A stretch of DNA of 64,000 bases from Trichoplax sp. H2 (taxonomy: Eukaryota): contig NOWV01000022.1 in NCBI GenBank assembly GCA_003344405.1, positions 496,001 through 560,000 on the forward strand, written 5' to 3'. Below are positions 38,938-53,162 of this stretch, in pieces; position 1 is the first letter of the stretch; every line of letters starts with the position of its first letter. The notes beneath the pieces are model-generated. The model was given only the letters and a program-made list of their open reading frames with translations. It was not told the origin of the DNA and ran no database searches. A program made the translations under genes and the position numbers.

Positions 38938-41900
38938 TTATTCCGCTTCAATAAAATTTTTCCACCACTCCTTTAATTTATTGTCACTGTTTGTCCAAAA
39001 TTTCTGAAAATCTGGTAGTAGTTTGTCTTGTTGATTGTCAGAAGTAGAACTTGAGCGTTTGGGCAGCATGTAATTTTGCGACCACAAGAAATCGACCTGG
39101 GCCTCTTTCAAATTCGTTGTATCGCATAACTATAATAATTTGAATGCAAGAAATTTTTATAGTTACTGGTCAAATATTAATGAATCTACGAGTAAAAATT
39201 TACTATACGTGTATCACCCCTTTTTAAAATTACAAAATTAATTAAAATATTGCAAAACGACCAATTAGTGACAGCTTTACCCCAAAGTAATGACTAACAT
39301 CAGGTTTACATTTTACCCATACCTTATTGATCTGCTCCTCTTTGCTACGTATGCGATATTTAACTAATGCTGCACCGGAGGAGTGAATAAATAATAGCTG
39401 TTCGTTTTCTATTATTTCAACGCCAGGATCAATTATGAATTCAAGTCTATAACGAATAATATAAATTAATATGCACCCAGGGTATCTCAACTCGGTGATA
39501 GTGATTTTATTTTCTATCGCTAGATCCAACATACTGAATAATATGACAACTTTATCACTTACCTGTCCATCACAAGTTTAACAAATCGTCTAAATTTACC
39601 AACTGTTGTATCTGAAATTACAGCGAAGTTAAAAAAAATGGGTGTATAGTTATCTAAATTACAGATTGCTCCACAGTAATTGCGATCGAATCTAGTGCAA
39701 GTAATAAAACAATATACTTTTTCCTTCCTCCTTCGCGTCATCGTTAACAAGCCAAGAGAGATCAATATCGATCTCAGCTGGTGAGTAAAATGGGTGTACA
39801 GAATTGGAAGTCGGAAACGGACAATATGGAACTGGTGTCAATAAGAAACCTGCTGCCCGAGCTCTTCTTCCCCAATCTTGGATCTGCTCATATATATTCG
39901 CGATTGTTACCGATAATATGGCTATTGCTCGCAGTTAATGATTACGTAACAGTGCTATAGCTAACTTACGGTTTCGTTAACATCAGTAGCGGACGATATT
40001 AACCATCGCACTTCAAATCGATAAGCACACCTAGGCTTGTAATTTGTACTATAATTAACGGTAAACCATTCTTGGAAGTTTTTATCTAATTGTTTCTTAT
40101 GATCTACTTCAATTTGAAGACATCTGTATTGAAGATGTTCTGATTCTGAAAAATGCAATATCCCCTATTTACCATCGCTGAACGCTACTATAGCCTAAGC
40201 AAGATTTGCTAAACATATATAATTATTAATTGTTAACTACCCTGAGAAGGCATAACATTCTTCATCCCATAAATTTCTATCTCAACCCAGCGATCAGAAA
40301 ATTCAGTTACAGTCTCATTACCTATAATATAATTGATTATATATATAGGCGTTATAATTTTAATTTGCAACAGTCGACAAATCAAATAAACAACAATCCT
40401 TTGATAGGTCTAATCTAAGAAGAATTTTACGTACTAGAAGCGATACAATAGACGTGGTATCCAAATATAAATTGATTTTTCCTGGAGTTGGTTATCTTAA
40501 TAATTAACTTTTCATCTAGAAGACGCTGATTGTCGAGAGATATTCCAGAATAGTAAAGTTATCATGCAGGATTTTATTTTACACGTTAGTCCAGAAATTA
40601 ATTTACCCATTCATGATTTCACTACTCCACTAGTACCTCAGTAATGAAACTATGAAATATACCTGGCCTAAAGCTAAGGCATCTGTAATAGTATGAACAG
40701 AATCGATTGATTCTATGACCCAGCCAACAAAAGTCGCGGAGACAAAGGTCTTATTTGGAATGTCTCTTTGTTTATCTAAGAACGGTAGTCCAGCTCTATA
40801 CAATCATGACATATAATAATTGTTACCAGTCAATTAGCTTACAACTTGTATAACATTTGCATGAAATAATGCAATATTAAAGAATTCACTTACGAGATAT
40901 CTTGCATCAGTTGAACAACTTCATTAGATGATATCGTCTTTGATGAATTATCAGATGTGCTACGAGCGCCTTCCTCTCCGGATATATTTTCTAATTATGT
41001 TTAATGAAAATACGTTTTAGAGTTAGATTGCTATCAGACATATTTTTTGTAATTCATTGATAGTAGAAAGTATTGAATAGAACTTTAGCTCTAAAAATTC
41101 ACCTACCTTTTCGAGTTTCCATCGATTTATCAGCATCGGAATAAATCGTCCCGCTAGTGATTGACTCATCCGGATCGACAAATGCCTTGAAAGCTTTCAG
41201 TTGCGGCGGCTTCAAGTAAAGGATGACAACTTTACAGTTAATAATTAACTTTCACCTTACTACGCTCATTAAGTTACCTTGCTTAAGGACTGTCGATGGG
41301 AGCTTCTCCTACAGCGATTTAAATTTTCAGCAAATTTTAAAAATTGCTCTAACAAAAATATTTCCTTCAATCTCTCACTATAGACGCATGTGAGAGATTT
41401 CATTTCAGTACTTTTTTCGGGCACCATTATATGCAAGTAATTTAATATGGTGGCTTTGCTAGATGTAACCGAGGAATGAACCGGAAGAAGAGCGAAACGT
41501 AATTGCCAGAACTTGACGAGCTAAACCGTTAAGCGAAAATATTATATGTATAACTTCACTGGTCACCCCATATATCATAGATATTGCTACTAAACAGAAT
41601 ACCTCATTTAAAAATTCATGAGATCTATCAATTTTTCCCATAACATAATTATCTATGGATTGCCAATCTAAATCTCGTAGTTCTCCACTCTTTAATTCAA
41701 CCATTGTTTGCTTCAATAACCCAAAAAATCGTTAGAATTATTTTTAGAGTAGTACCGTGACGACCATATAATTATTGCAAAATTAACAATGGAATAAGAT
41801 ATTAAATCAACTTAAACTGCAAACTCGATATCAACTAATAGACTCCTATTACAGAGTGGGAATGGATATTAAATGAGCTACCTACTTGTATAACTTGTTA

Positions 41901-44900
41901 CTGCGATACACGAATACTGTACAAGCGAAAACACTTAATTTGTTGACAGCAACTATTTCACGTCATATTTATCACCAATATAATATCTATAAATTTAAAA
42001 TTAATTTACAATCTACAGAATGTAGTAACCGTATGTATTACCTGAAATCCACTTCGATGAATTGGCCACAGATTATATTTATAATTCAATGAATCAGTTT
42101 TTTGTGACTTTCTAAAATCAACAAAAAAATTGGAGGTATTCCGTAGTAAAGTGAAAAAAATTAGTTTTTTCTACTAGAGTCGCCCATACAGTATACATAT
42201 TGTTAGACAAATATACTTCGGATAATGTTTCACCAAGTGCACTACATGTTCAGTTAAATATAGTTCATGCAAGATTAATCCAATGCTCAGCTTGTAGACG
42301 TTCTATAATAGGTACGTTATTACAATCTTTAGTACATTTAACCACGTTCATACGTATGGTAAATAATATAATTTATGGGAATATAATTTAAAACCGTATT
42401 TACTTTAATATCAACTTGTAACTGTTCTGAAGATAAAAACGGCTTTGATAACTCTTTATTATCTTTTATAGGATAATAAACCTGAAAGCCCTATCATAGG
42501 AATAGTTGACAGTCAGCTATCTATTGAACATGATGTACCATAAATCACGCTACATCAGAATTATTATTCTACAATCGTATCTGCTGGTGTGGCTGAACTT
42601 TTATGAATCAGCAGCTGGTCCTCTACCTGAGAAATTCTTTGCAAAACCATAACCTGAAATAGACCTTCAATTTCTGACTCACTAAAGCTAGCGCAAATAA
42701 TCAATAAATCAATATATAACACGAAACTATAAATCAGATTATATATCATAGCCACCCGTCGCTTTGCCGCACTTCATGAGTAGCACTATATTCCTTTAGA
42801 ATATCTTCTCTAGAAGGATATTCACGATTTGTTAAAGGTAAACAAGCTGGCGCAGTTAGCGATCGCCAATCAACTCTTTCATAGAAATCCCAAAAAGTAT
42901 CTGAATCTGTCGCGTAGATAGTACGTTTATTTTCTGGTTCTCTTTTTGGATTGACATAGTAGTAAGCTACTCCATGATTTGACTTCAGACCGTTGATGCC
43001 CTCTAAAAAAGATAACTGTTAATTCTTTTTACAATAAACTAATGTAACAAATGATAATCCTAAAATATTTTTGATACCGGATGCTGATTCGGTAAATTCT
43101 TGAATGTAATGATTAAAATATTCCTCCACATTTTTAGTATTTTCATCTATAACCTCATGGTCTTCGGGTTGTTGAACATCTTCTGCTAACGTCGAATCTC
43201 TTTCATTCATGTGCTTCAAAGCAGCTAAAGCAATAGTTTTGCTTGGAAATATGCAACTTGGAAGCTCATATCCTAATAATAAATATATATGGACTCTATA
43301 AGCACTCTGAGCGGATCAAAGATTTCATATAAATTCGCATACCTATACCTCAAAACTAAAACGATAATTATATTAACTAATTATATGGTCGATGCATTGA
43401 AAACAAACACCTTTATCATCATTTTGGTTATCTGCTTTGGAAACTACTGGACTTTGTAAAACAACATCATTCCAACGACTATAGCAATGCCCACGATTTT
43501 TCATTAATGAGGGATAAAAAATTTTAATGTTTTCAGAGTCATCATCGTCTTCATTCGATACGGACCGATCATCATCTAATAAATCATGAAATAAAGAATC
43601 GTTCATGTAACAATATCGATTTTAAACGTACAGCATAACAACCGTTTCTAAAATCAACCAACCTTTAACATTTAGGTGATTCGTAGTATCCTTACTCTCC
43701 TTAATACTACAGTTTAGTTATATGTTATATGTTATAACTTAGGCAATCACATAATCATAACACAGCCATAAAGCAAAGAAATTAAAACATACGAATCTCC
43801 ATCATCAGACTGCCTCTCCATATTCTCTAGCAATAAATTACCCCAGTCGAAATCATCTCCTCTATCATCGCTTTCAAAAATTTTTAGTATTTGTTCCGCT
43901 AGCATAAAAAATATGAAGATATACATAAAAATGATTTAGAATATCTTCATTTAGGATGTAATATAAACGATTTATACCTGGAGTTGCCCTGCGACTATTC
44001 TTTAAAGCATCAAACTAAAAATATTTTCAACATTTAATTATAGATTATAAATATAAAATAATTCATTTTGATTCACGTAACAGATCCTTACAAAACTGCT
44101 TGAAAATTTAATTCTTGGAACATAATAACGGCTGGATTTTTTTCTTAGTTCAAGCTGTGTTTTTGAAACGTATCCACTATACCAAATGCAAGATTGCTTA
44201 ATTAAAATTTTACTGCTAATTCTAACTCATTCTACATCTATAAAAATGGAGATTTTTAAATAAAATTATATGTGCGATATAGTTAAAGAAATATTAAACC
44301 TCAGATTGATCCAATCATCCGGTACTTCATATTTATCTTCCGCATATTTTATCTATCAAACAAAGTGCAAGACACCTCTGATATTTTTATAATTCAACTA
44401 TACGTTATAGCAACTTTCAATTAAGTAATTTCTTCATCAATATAAATGCATGTCAAATTATGGAAACCTTTAATAATGGAACGTAATACAATGGAGACTC
44501 TCCCAAACAAACTAAATCAGCTGCAATCCCTAAAATATGTTAAATGACTTTTTATAGTAACAATTTGCACAAGTAATAATAGCAAGTCCGGTATTAATTT
44601 AATTTAAATTATAATCACCATAGTCTGATATTCTTTGTTTCGTTATATCAATTAGCTGCTTTTCAGCCTAGGCAATTTACGAATAGCGAAATATTGAAAA
44701 CAATTTATGATGTGTTCTTACTCTTATATCTTTATAAAAACTATAATGTCATTGATCTATAAGATTAGTTGTTAATTTTAGCTCATTATCAGTGAATTTA
44801 GCCCAGAAACACGCGTATATATTCAAGAAGTTTTACCTCAATAATCCCAGGGCCAGCAGTAATAACCGTTATACATTGTCCAGTCCGATCAAAGTTACGA

Positions 44901-47706
44901 TCGATGTAATGCTTTTCTAATACTGGTATAAATAACAAAGAGAAATGATGAAATAGCCCTATCAGATCAATTTATTAAATTGATTGTGCTCATTGTACGA
45001 TGTAATAAACAGGTTACATACAGTTTAAGGCAAGATTCATTGCTTCTAAACAGTTTCCTTGTGAGTATGAGGAATTTATATTACCATCTTTGCTAGAGCC
45101 TGTAGTAGAATATTTAAAGAATATAAAGTGGAAAGAATAACTTCAAAGTAGGATTGATATTGAAGATCATCAGGGCAAGATTGCACCGACGTAATCTACA
45201 ATGTCAAAAAACCCCTGCAAATACAGGCATAACTACCTTCTGGTGTTGTTACATTAACATGGCATAAGTACTCTCCAAAATAACGTTTGAGTTGAATTAT
45301 TATTGTACTCCAGTCATTGCGTCTTTCAGATAGGGTAACAACTCTAAAAGTGAATAGAATGCAAATTATATTTGTCAACTTGATGTCAGAATTTATTTAC
45401 CCTTTCATTTCTAAATAGTTATGACATAGACTCCGGAATAGAATCATATCAAACCTATAAAAATCTTCATAAGATGGAGAGGTTTCCTTTGTCGCACTAA
45501 CGTTACCGGATTCTAATAAATCAAAATTACATTCGTAGCCTCCATAAGTTACTAAAATCTGAATGCTAGCCATTTTGCCAGTGTACGGATAATATTTATT
45601 AAAACGATCAAACAATAAAAAGGCGACTTTAAATTTACTGTCTCCTAACCGAAAGCCTCCAAATTATAAATAGTCCTAGAAAACAATACAATTGTGACAT
45701 CATGATCACAGGAATTGACCTAAAAGGGAAAGTATCATACTATAATTAATTCTCTAATCAAAGTATTTTAAATGTAAATATTCTATGGCATATACATATA
45801 AATAGCATAGGCAATAAGACTAACTTTCCATTCGTTAAATAAAACAGATAGAAATTCAATAGTTTTCTCAAAATATAAATCTCCTGCAAATAGAACAAAG
45901 CCGACAAGTTCAAATCCGAAACCATTTAAATTTTACGGTAATAATATTCAATTTTATCATTGACGGTAAATATAGATATATTATATCGAACATATTGCTG
46001 GAAAGACCTCCTATATCGAATTCCCACATCTCTCTGCTCATTTGTATCATCAAAAATATCATTGCTCTTGAAGATCGGAAGATGATCTAAATGGCAACAC
46101 ACGTGCGTTAGATATCACCTTCTTACTGCTCAATAAATTCGTAACATAAGTATAGTGACATTCTATAATTATAACTATAATGAACCCTTATACATACACG
46201 CTAATACCTTGGTATTTTTAGATATATATCCGCTATTTCCAGCAATAATTCTATCACTATTTCTAAACCAAAGTTTATCTATCTGGCACCTAATTATAAT
46301 ATACTGTGAGATGGCTAAAGATGAAGCAATAAACAGATTCTTCTCAGTTGCTAAGTACCTGATACAGTCGTGTTCAAGTTTGCCTCCATAATACACACAC
46401 CTATCTCTCTAAATTAGCCAATAAAATGACAATTTTTAAAACATCTTAACAGATATCACTTCATAATAAGCAGTACAATAGGGCTAACTTGTACATATAA
46501 TTTCGTGTATGCCTATAGCATTATGTGTTTAATCAAAATCTATTGGCTGTCAAGGATAATTTAACTTACCAATGCTTCTTTCAAGCACCACATATCTCTT
46601 CGGCCTATATACTGATCCTATATTGTTGTAAATTAATTAAGTTATCATTAGCTTAAAATAAGCAATCATTCTACTTATTTTTCTAAGCTAATTTTAAATC
46701 TATTCCTTTATACCAAAGACTCTTTACCTTAAATGCCAATTCGATAGCATACAGTTCAATCTCCTACATAAAATCATACAAAATTGCATTATTTTGTGTT
46801 TACTTTTTGTATATCCGTGTGTCAGTTTATGTCTTGGTATGGTATGGATATTGGTACGCTCTAAAAAAATTCATCAATATGCCTACTTCTTGATGGGAAT
46901 GAGCGAATCAATCGAAAATCTATAACAAGGGCAATTTAATCAAGATAAAATTACCTGCTTATCAAGTAGCTTAAGTAAAACTGTCTGATACGCAGTTATA
47001 CCAAGTACAGACGCTGCATTTTTATGAATTGACACCGTGCCTAATAAATTTAGATAGTAATAGCGATCATTGCCAAAATCATATCGTATAATCTTAATAT
47101 TTATTACGACAGTGTAGTAGCCTACCTTTAGGAATGTCATTGGTTATGGACTTGACTTGCAAGCTGATACATTTCTCTCTTGTGCAACTACAGTAGGTGC
47201 GAGTATAATCGATACAACGTCTAGGTTAGATAAGATTTTATAAATAGTAATCCCATTTAACCCCATTTAATTCAATTCATCAATAATTCCATGCTCTAAT
47301 CTTTCAGATTATAATTGTATTATCTAAATATTCTGGTATTCGTACTATTGGAGACGTCATTATTTCACTACGAGCGTACATCAATGTAGTAGGACTGCAA
47401 TCATTTTATGACTCTATCAACTTACTTTTGAGTATCAATACATTGTGCAGCGCTTGGCAAACAAATTTTGAATACATCCCCGAGTACAACGTCGGGAAAA
47501 TCTTTACTATTTAAGATTAATTGCCCATCTATGAAAAAAACACAAAATGATGCGACCTTCAATTCAAAATAGCACTTCATAAGCTAACAGCTCGATCTTT
47601 GCAAGCTATCCAGCTCGATACTAATTCACAGACGTGTAAAATTGAAAGTACTCTACCGCTACCATACCACTATAATTTTCCTGATGGACTCTAGCCTTAT
47701 ATTCAT
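38938..47706 (-). CDS. DEPDC5: GATOR1 subunit DEPDC5 (Iml1), many small exons
   Basis: [99 protein letters not shown]. Start at 47706 (MNIRLESHQ) is inferred. Confidence 0.92.
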
Positions 47707-47839
47707 TCAAAGTATCTTTCATGTTGATCGAAATCAGGCTGATTGGAGCACCATCTCATAATCCATGATAATATTGGGAAAGGCAATGATGATTCATGTC
47801 TGTTTATAGTCGAGACCAGCACCTATGGGTGGGCACCGT

Positions 47840-48115
47840 GGCTACAGTACATGCTGTACTGTACTGTACTGTACAGTACATTCTATACAGTACTAAACCT
47901 TATAAAATATTTCCTATACTAAATCACATGTAATGTACAGTTCAGTATCATACAATATGATATGTATGAGTACAGTACTGTACATTAGTAGTGGAATTGC
48001 CTTTCCTGTACAGTACAATGGTAAGACTTAGATCTGAGTGTAAAGTACTGTACTGTACAATGGTAAGACTACCGTACTGTACTGTACAGTGTACAGTACT
48101 GTACTGTAGATATAA
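47840..48115. repeat. TACAG/CTGTA tract upstream of DEPDC5
   Basis: ctgtactgtactgtactgtacagtaca... beginning ~135 bp 5' of the inferred ATG, with a local duplication of TACAATGGTAAGACT. Confidence 0.85.
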
Positions 48116-50016
48116 GATGCAAGATGTCTACAGCATCTTCAATCATAATTAACAAGTGCTCGCTAACTGTCGAAAACAGTGATACAACTGTTCATCACTC
48201 TGTGTAATTCTTCTGTCCTAACTCCTGTATTCTTTGGTACTTCTGTTTGCAACCTGTACTACATTTGTTGATTGTTCTTATAATAAACTCTGCTAACTTA
48301 TCTGCTTTCGTCGCTCAATTACCTATATGATCATTCTTGAAGCCGGAAAGGTGACATACTGTACAGTGTACACTCAGAAGATAGTATATTAATGTATACA
48401 GTTATATATCGTAGCAGGGTTCATGGACTCGGCTTTATTTATAACCAGCCTGATCGAATCGAGGATAGAGCATCAAACAGCTAGATGAAATAAGAAACAA
48501 CGTAGAACATCTTTCGTGACTTTGAAACGATAATATACGCGTTAATAATTATAATGAATGAATGAATTAATACATATACGATTATATATGTATCATTTAA
48601 TAATTTATCGCTTAATATCCTTGTTTTAACTATGCGCCGTGTATACATGTATATCTGAATAGTTTTGATAATGCAGCAGTTTTTTTATCATTTATTTGAA
48701 GCTTTCAGTCATAATATTTACCATAGCTTTTCTTATATAGCTTCAAGGATTGCAAATTTACTGCTTTATTACGGAGTATTTCGACTCTAAAATGAGGTGA
48801 CTGATGTAAAATTGGCCATTTTATATAAGACTTAAGATTCAATCTTAATACTAATAACATCACTTTATTATCAAGATATTCTACATCAAAAAGGAAATAA
48901 TTACCAGCTTTACCTAATTTACAATTAAAATATCGCTAATCAATATGGTTCAAAATTGAGATCTCGCCAAAAGTAAGACATTATTAAAAATATTGAACAG
49001 TTAATACTTATAATCTACGAAAATTAGCATTTAGCCGTCTGGAAAACATGCAGAAAATTGGATGCAAAATGTAATTTATAAAAGTCAATCATGTTACTTT
49101 AAAGTCAATATGCTCTAGGATAGAAAGGGTAAGCGCACTATAACAGAGGTTGTGTAAGAAAAATTATAGTTACTATTATGGTTAGTTACTTTAAATAAGC
49201 TAAACAATTGCAAATTATCATAACATTCAAATCTACATTGAAAAGTTGACATTTAGCAAGAAATTCTCGCTTGGAAATAACTCTACGATATGCTCTATTA
49301 TAGCTAGTTGTTTGATACCGTATCCTCGATCAGACTAGACTTGAAGACGTGCAAAGTCCAATTTATCAATCAAAACACCGACGGACAGAATTATCCTCTG
49401 CTCAACCACTAGCTAATATTCCGTATATGCCATTGGTATACAGTCCATAGACTAGCAAGAGCCTCGAAGAACTGACAAACCTTGGTCTGTCCAACGCCTA
49501 AACATTATGTAAACATCTAAAAAACAATCTGGTGAACTTCCGTTAGACCTTCCCCATTCTTCATGACCTTTAGCGTTCATAACAAGGCTGCAGTATTATT
49601 CCTTATACTGAGTATTGCATGCTTCTAGTATAAACTATCAGAAATTTATCATTATGGTGTTAATACAACTAATTAAAATTTTAAACAGACTGTAATGAAA
49701 TACAATAAAGGAAATGTGTTATTGTTGATGGGAGGGATCTAATTAATCACAGCCTACTGTTTCCTTTATGTACCAATGGATCTTTGCATGCACCCGCATC
49801 GGCTGCTGTAAACTGTAGTGTTTTGCACTAAACTTGCCATGTAGACGCTACTATTTACCCCACACTTGGTACATAATTTAGTTCTTTTTCAAAAACAAGC
49901 CCTGAGGTCATCCACGGTGTCTCGGTGAAAATTCCTGCTGTGCAATTCTTATTTCCAACCTCGTTCTTTTCAATTTGTGAGGTCGCATTCGCTTAAGTGA
50001 ACCTGGTTTCATAAAC

Positions 50017-53000
50017 ATGTCGATCAAGAAAAGTAATTTTCCTGATATAAAAATCCCTGAAGGGACTGTCTTCGATGTTGTTTTTAGTAACCTAGAGGAA
50101 AGAAAAGATCTCGTACTTTTGGTAAATCTCTATTTACTGTCTACTTTAACTTGCAAATAGTTTATCATTATATACGAGTAATGTGACTTATCATTGAATC
50201 GATGCAATACCTTCACAGACTCTACCAACTAGGAAATCATTTCTATACTTTGATACCAATAGTCTCTTTAATTGCGGTTATCGTGACCTCAATAATCAAA
50301 ACAAAATTACCGATAGATATATTCACATTTGCACTAATTTTGCGTTATACTTTACAAAATTAACTATTGCAATCCTGTACGGTATGCTTACAGTAAGATA
50401 CATTATATTGCTTCGATTTTGAAGATTCTGAAGCCTTGCTAATGCACTAGTAATATCCGTACAGAACTCTGATGTTATCATAATTTTATTCAAATTACAA
50501 GTAACAAATTTCTTTAGACCATTCATAGTAGTTACGATCGAAATCAAAATACGCTATAATACCAATTGATTGCATTCTATTATTTATTTAACTTTTATTT
50601 AAATACCAACTGAACTTTTTAATCAAGAAAGTATACTTTTATAAATTTTTAAAATGATATTGTTTTCAACGTGATTATTAAGGTTGATGGACTCTCCGAT
50701 AAGTCCTATACATTACAACAGATGTACGAATTATCCAGACGAACATCTTGTGCTTTACGAAAGCATGGTCTTCGTAAAGGCGATGTTTTAGCAATCATTA
50801 GTCCAAATACCCTAGATTATCCAATTGTCCAGCTAGCTGCAATGGCTATAGGTGCTACTATTACAGCTTTCAATCCTTTGTCCACACCTAAGGAAATATC
50901 CTATTTGCTAAATGATTCTGGAGCAAGATTTGTTATTTTGCATCCATTTGTGATTAAAAACTACGAGGCAGCGGAAAATAAAGGTGTTGATGAGAAATTC
51001 GTTTTTGGAAATGTCGACGGATACACTTCCATCTCCAGCTTTTATGAGTATGATTTACGATATTTAAAAAATTAGATCAATTTTATAATTATTTTTGTTA
51101 ATAAATACATTTATGCATACAAGCACCTTATATGTGAACGTATAGAGAAGTTTTCGTACTAGGCTAGATATTATGCATTAGATATATAATTAATAACTGT
51201 TACGAAATACGAGAACACACTACCCAATAATTAGAGAAATAAATTATAAAAACAATTTAGAAAATATGAAATTAGAAGACATATAATTGAGTATTTTACT
51301 ACGTAGCACCTACACTAGTACTACACCATCCAGTAAACTGCTTTTACGAAGACACCTTGTGAAGAATATCACAATATTTGTCTATCCATTACTGATGCGA
51401 TACTTTTCACATGGATAGGGAAGATGACTCCACATTTATGGTCGATGAAACTATTGATGTTAAAGAAGATGTTGCAATGATGTTTTATTCAAGTGGTACT
51501 ACAGGCTTACCTAAAGGAGTCATGCTTTCTCATCGCAACATTAACTCAATCTTCGGAATGGCTGATGTTATAAATGAATTGCATCCTATTTTCTTTGTGG
51601 GAAAAGTTTGTTTTGGTCTCTTACCGTTCTACCATATTTATGGTAGTATCCTAGTACTATTTTTGCGCATGGTAACCAGTAAAAAGCTAATTATTGTACC
51701 TCGATTCGATCCTGAAGGTTTTCTTGCTGCTATTCAGAAATATAAAGTAAGTACGATGATATTTATTACATAAACGATGTACACCTTTGATCTATATCTT
51801 ATATATCTACGCGTATCAGCATAACATAAACATATAATAGTTTATCATTTGACATTTCTTCCCATTAAACTATTCTTGCATTATATACAAAGTAAAAAGT
51901 ATCGTCTATTTCTTATTTATTGACAGATTGAAATGCTCAATCTAGTACCACCGCTCATAAATTTCCTCGCTAAAAGTCCATTAGTCGATAACTTTGATTT
52001 GTCTAGCGTATCAAGTGTCTTTAGCGGAGGAGCAAGTTTATCTCCTGAAGTTGGTCAACTAGCAGCGAGTCGGCTAAATTTACAACTGATATATCAAGGT
52101 AAATACTTTTGTAGATTATTAAGAAACGCCGAATTCAAAATTCATATGTTATGTTGACTATCGTACCATACAACTTTATAACATGTAAATTATCCTTCAG
52201 GTCTATTCTTCCTAATCTAACCAATATTAACCTCCATAATTTCCTCATCAGGTTTTGGAATGACTGAAACAACCGGCGCATGCCACTTTCCTCCACCAGG
52301 TAAACGGATAGACACCATAGGGTATCCTTTACCCAGTATGGAATGTAAGGTTGGTACATAGCGAATAGCTAAATATGCATAATTTATTAGCACAAATACT
52401 AGACTTCCTATCTACGTAGAAAAATGTTACGAAATATGCAAAATCATACTTCGAATTTGCAACACATTTACAGATTGTCGATAGTGAAAGTAAAAAATTA
52501 ATGGGACCAAATGAAGTTGGCGAATTGCGTGTTAGAGGTCCAAATGTCATGTTAGGCTATTGGAAAAAACCTAAAGAAACTTCCGAAACAATGGATGAAG
52601 ATGGCTTCTTGAGAACTGGTGACATCGGCTACTATGATGATGAGGGATTATTCTATTTAGTAGATAGAATTAAGGAACTTATCAAGTATAAGGGATATCA
52701 AGTAAGTTATCCCGGATGAGTTTAGCATCATTCATTGCGCTATTAGCTTTGATAATGTGCTGGTGAAGCTTACAGAATTTTTTTGCATTTGCATTACCAG
52801 GTTGCTCCGGCTGAATTAGAGGCAATTCTAAATGGACATCCAGCAGTACTTGAATCAGCTGTTATTGGTGTTAAAAATGAAGAAGCTGGAGAATTACCAA
52901 GAGCTATAATAGTAAAGAGGCCAAATCAAGGTTTGAGAGTACCAACAGACGTGTCCAGTATTGATACTATGGTATCAGAGTTTTAATTTTTTTTACTAAT

Positions 53001-53162
53001 TTTATAGATGTCACAGCTGAAGATCTAATCACTTACGTTAATGAAAAAGTTTCACCTCAAAAGAAATTGAGAGGTGGCGTCATTTTTGTTGCTGATGTTC
53101 CAAAATTGCCAAGTGGAAAAATACTACGCCGAGCTCTACGTGAACAGTACGGAAAGGCTTAG
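50017..53162 (+). CDS. 4-coumarate-CoA ligase / firefly-luciferase-like acyl-CoA synthetase (ANL superfamily), 8 exons
   Basis: Exon 1 MSIKKSNFPDIKIPEG (50017-50121); YSSGTTGLPKG, LPFYHIYG, QGFGMTET, RTGDIG, LIKYKGYQVAPAELE, PKLPSGKILRR; TAG at 53160-53162. Confidence 0.93.

Noticed and set aside
49300..49600. Coding-like composition upstream of the 4CL-like gene
   Set aside because: No sustained ORF or recognisable protein motif.
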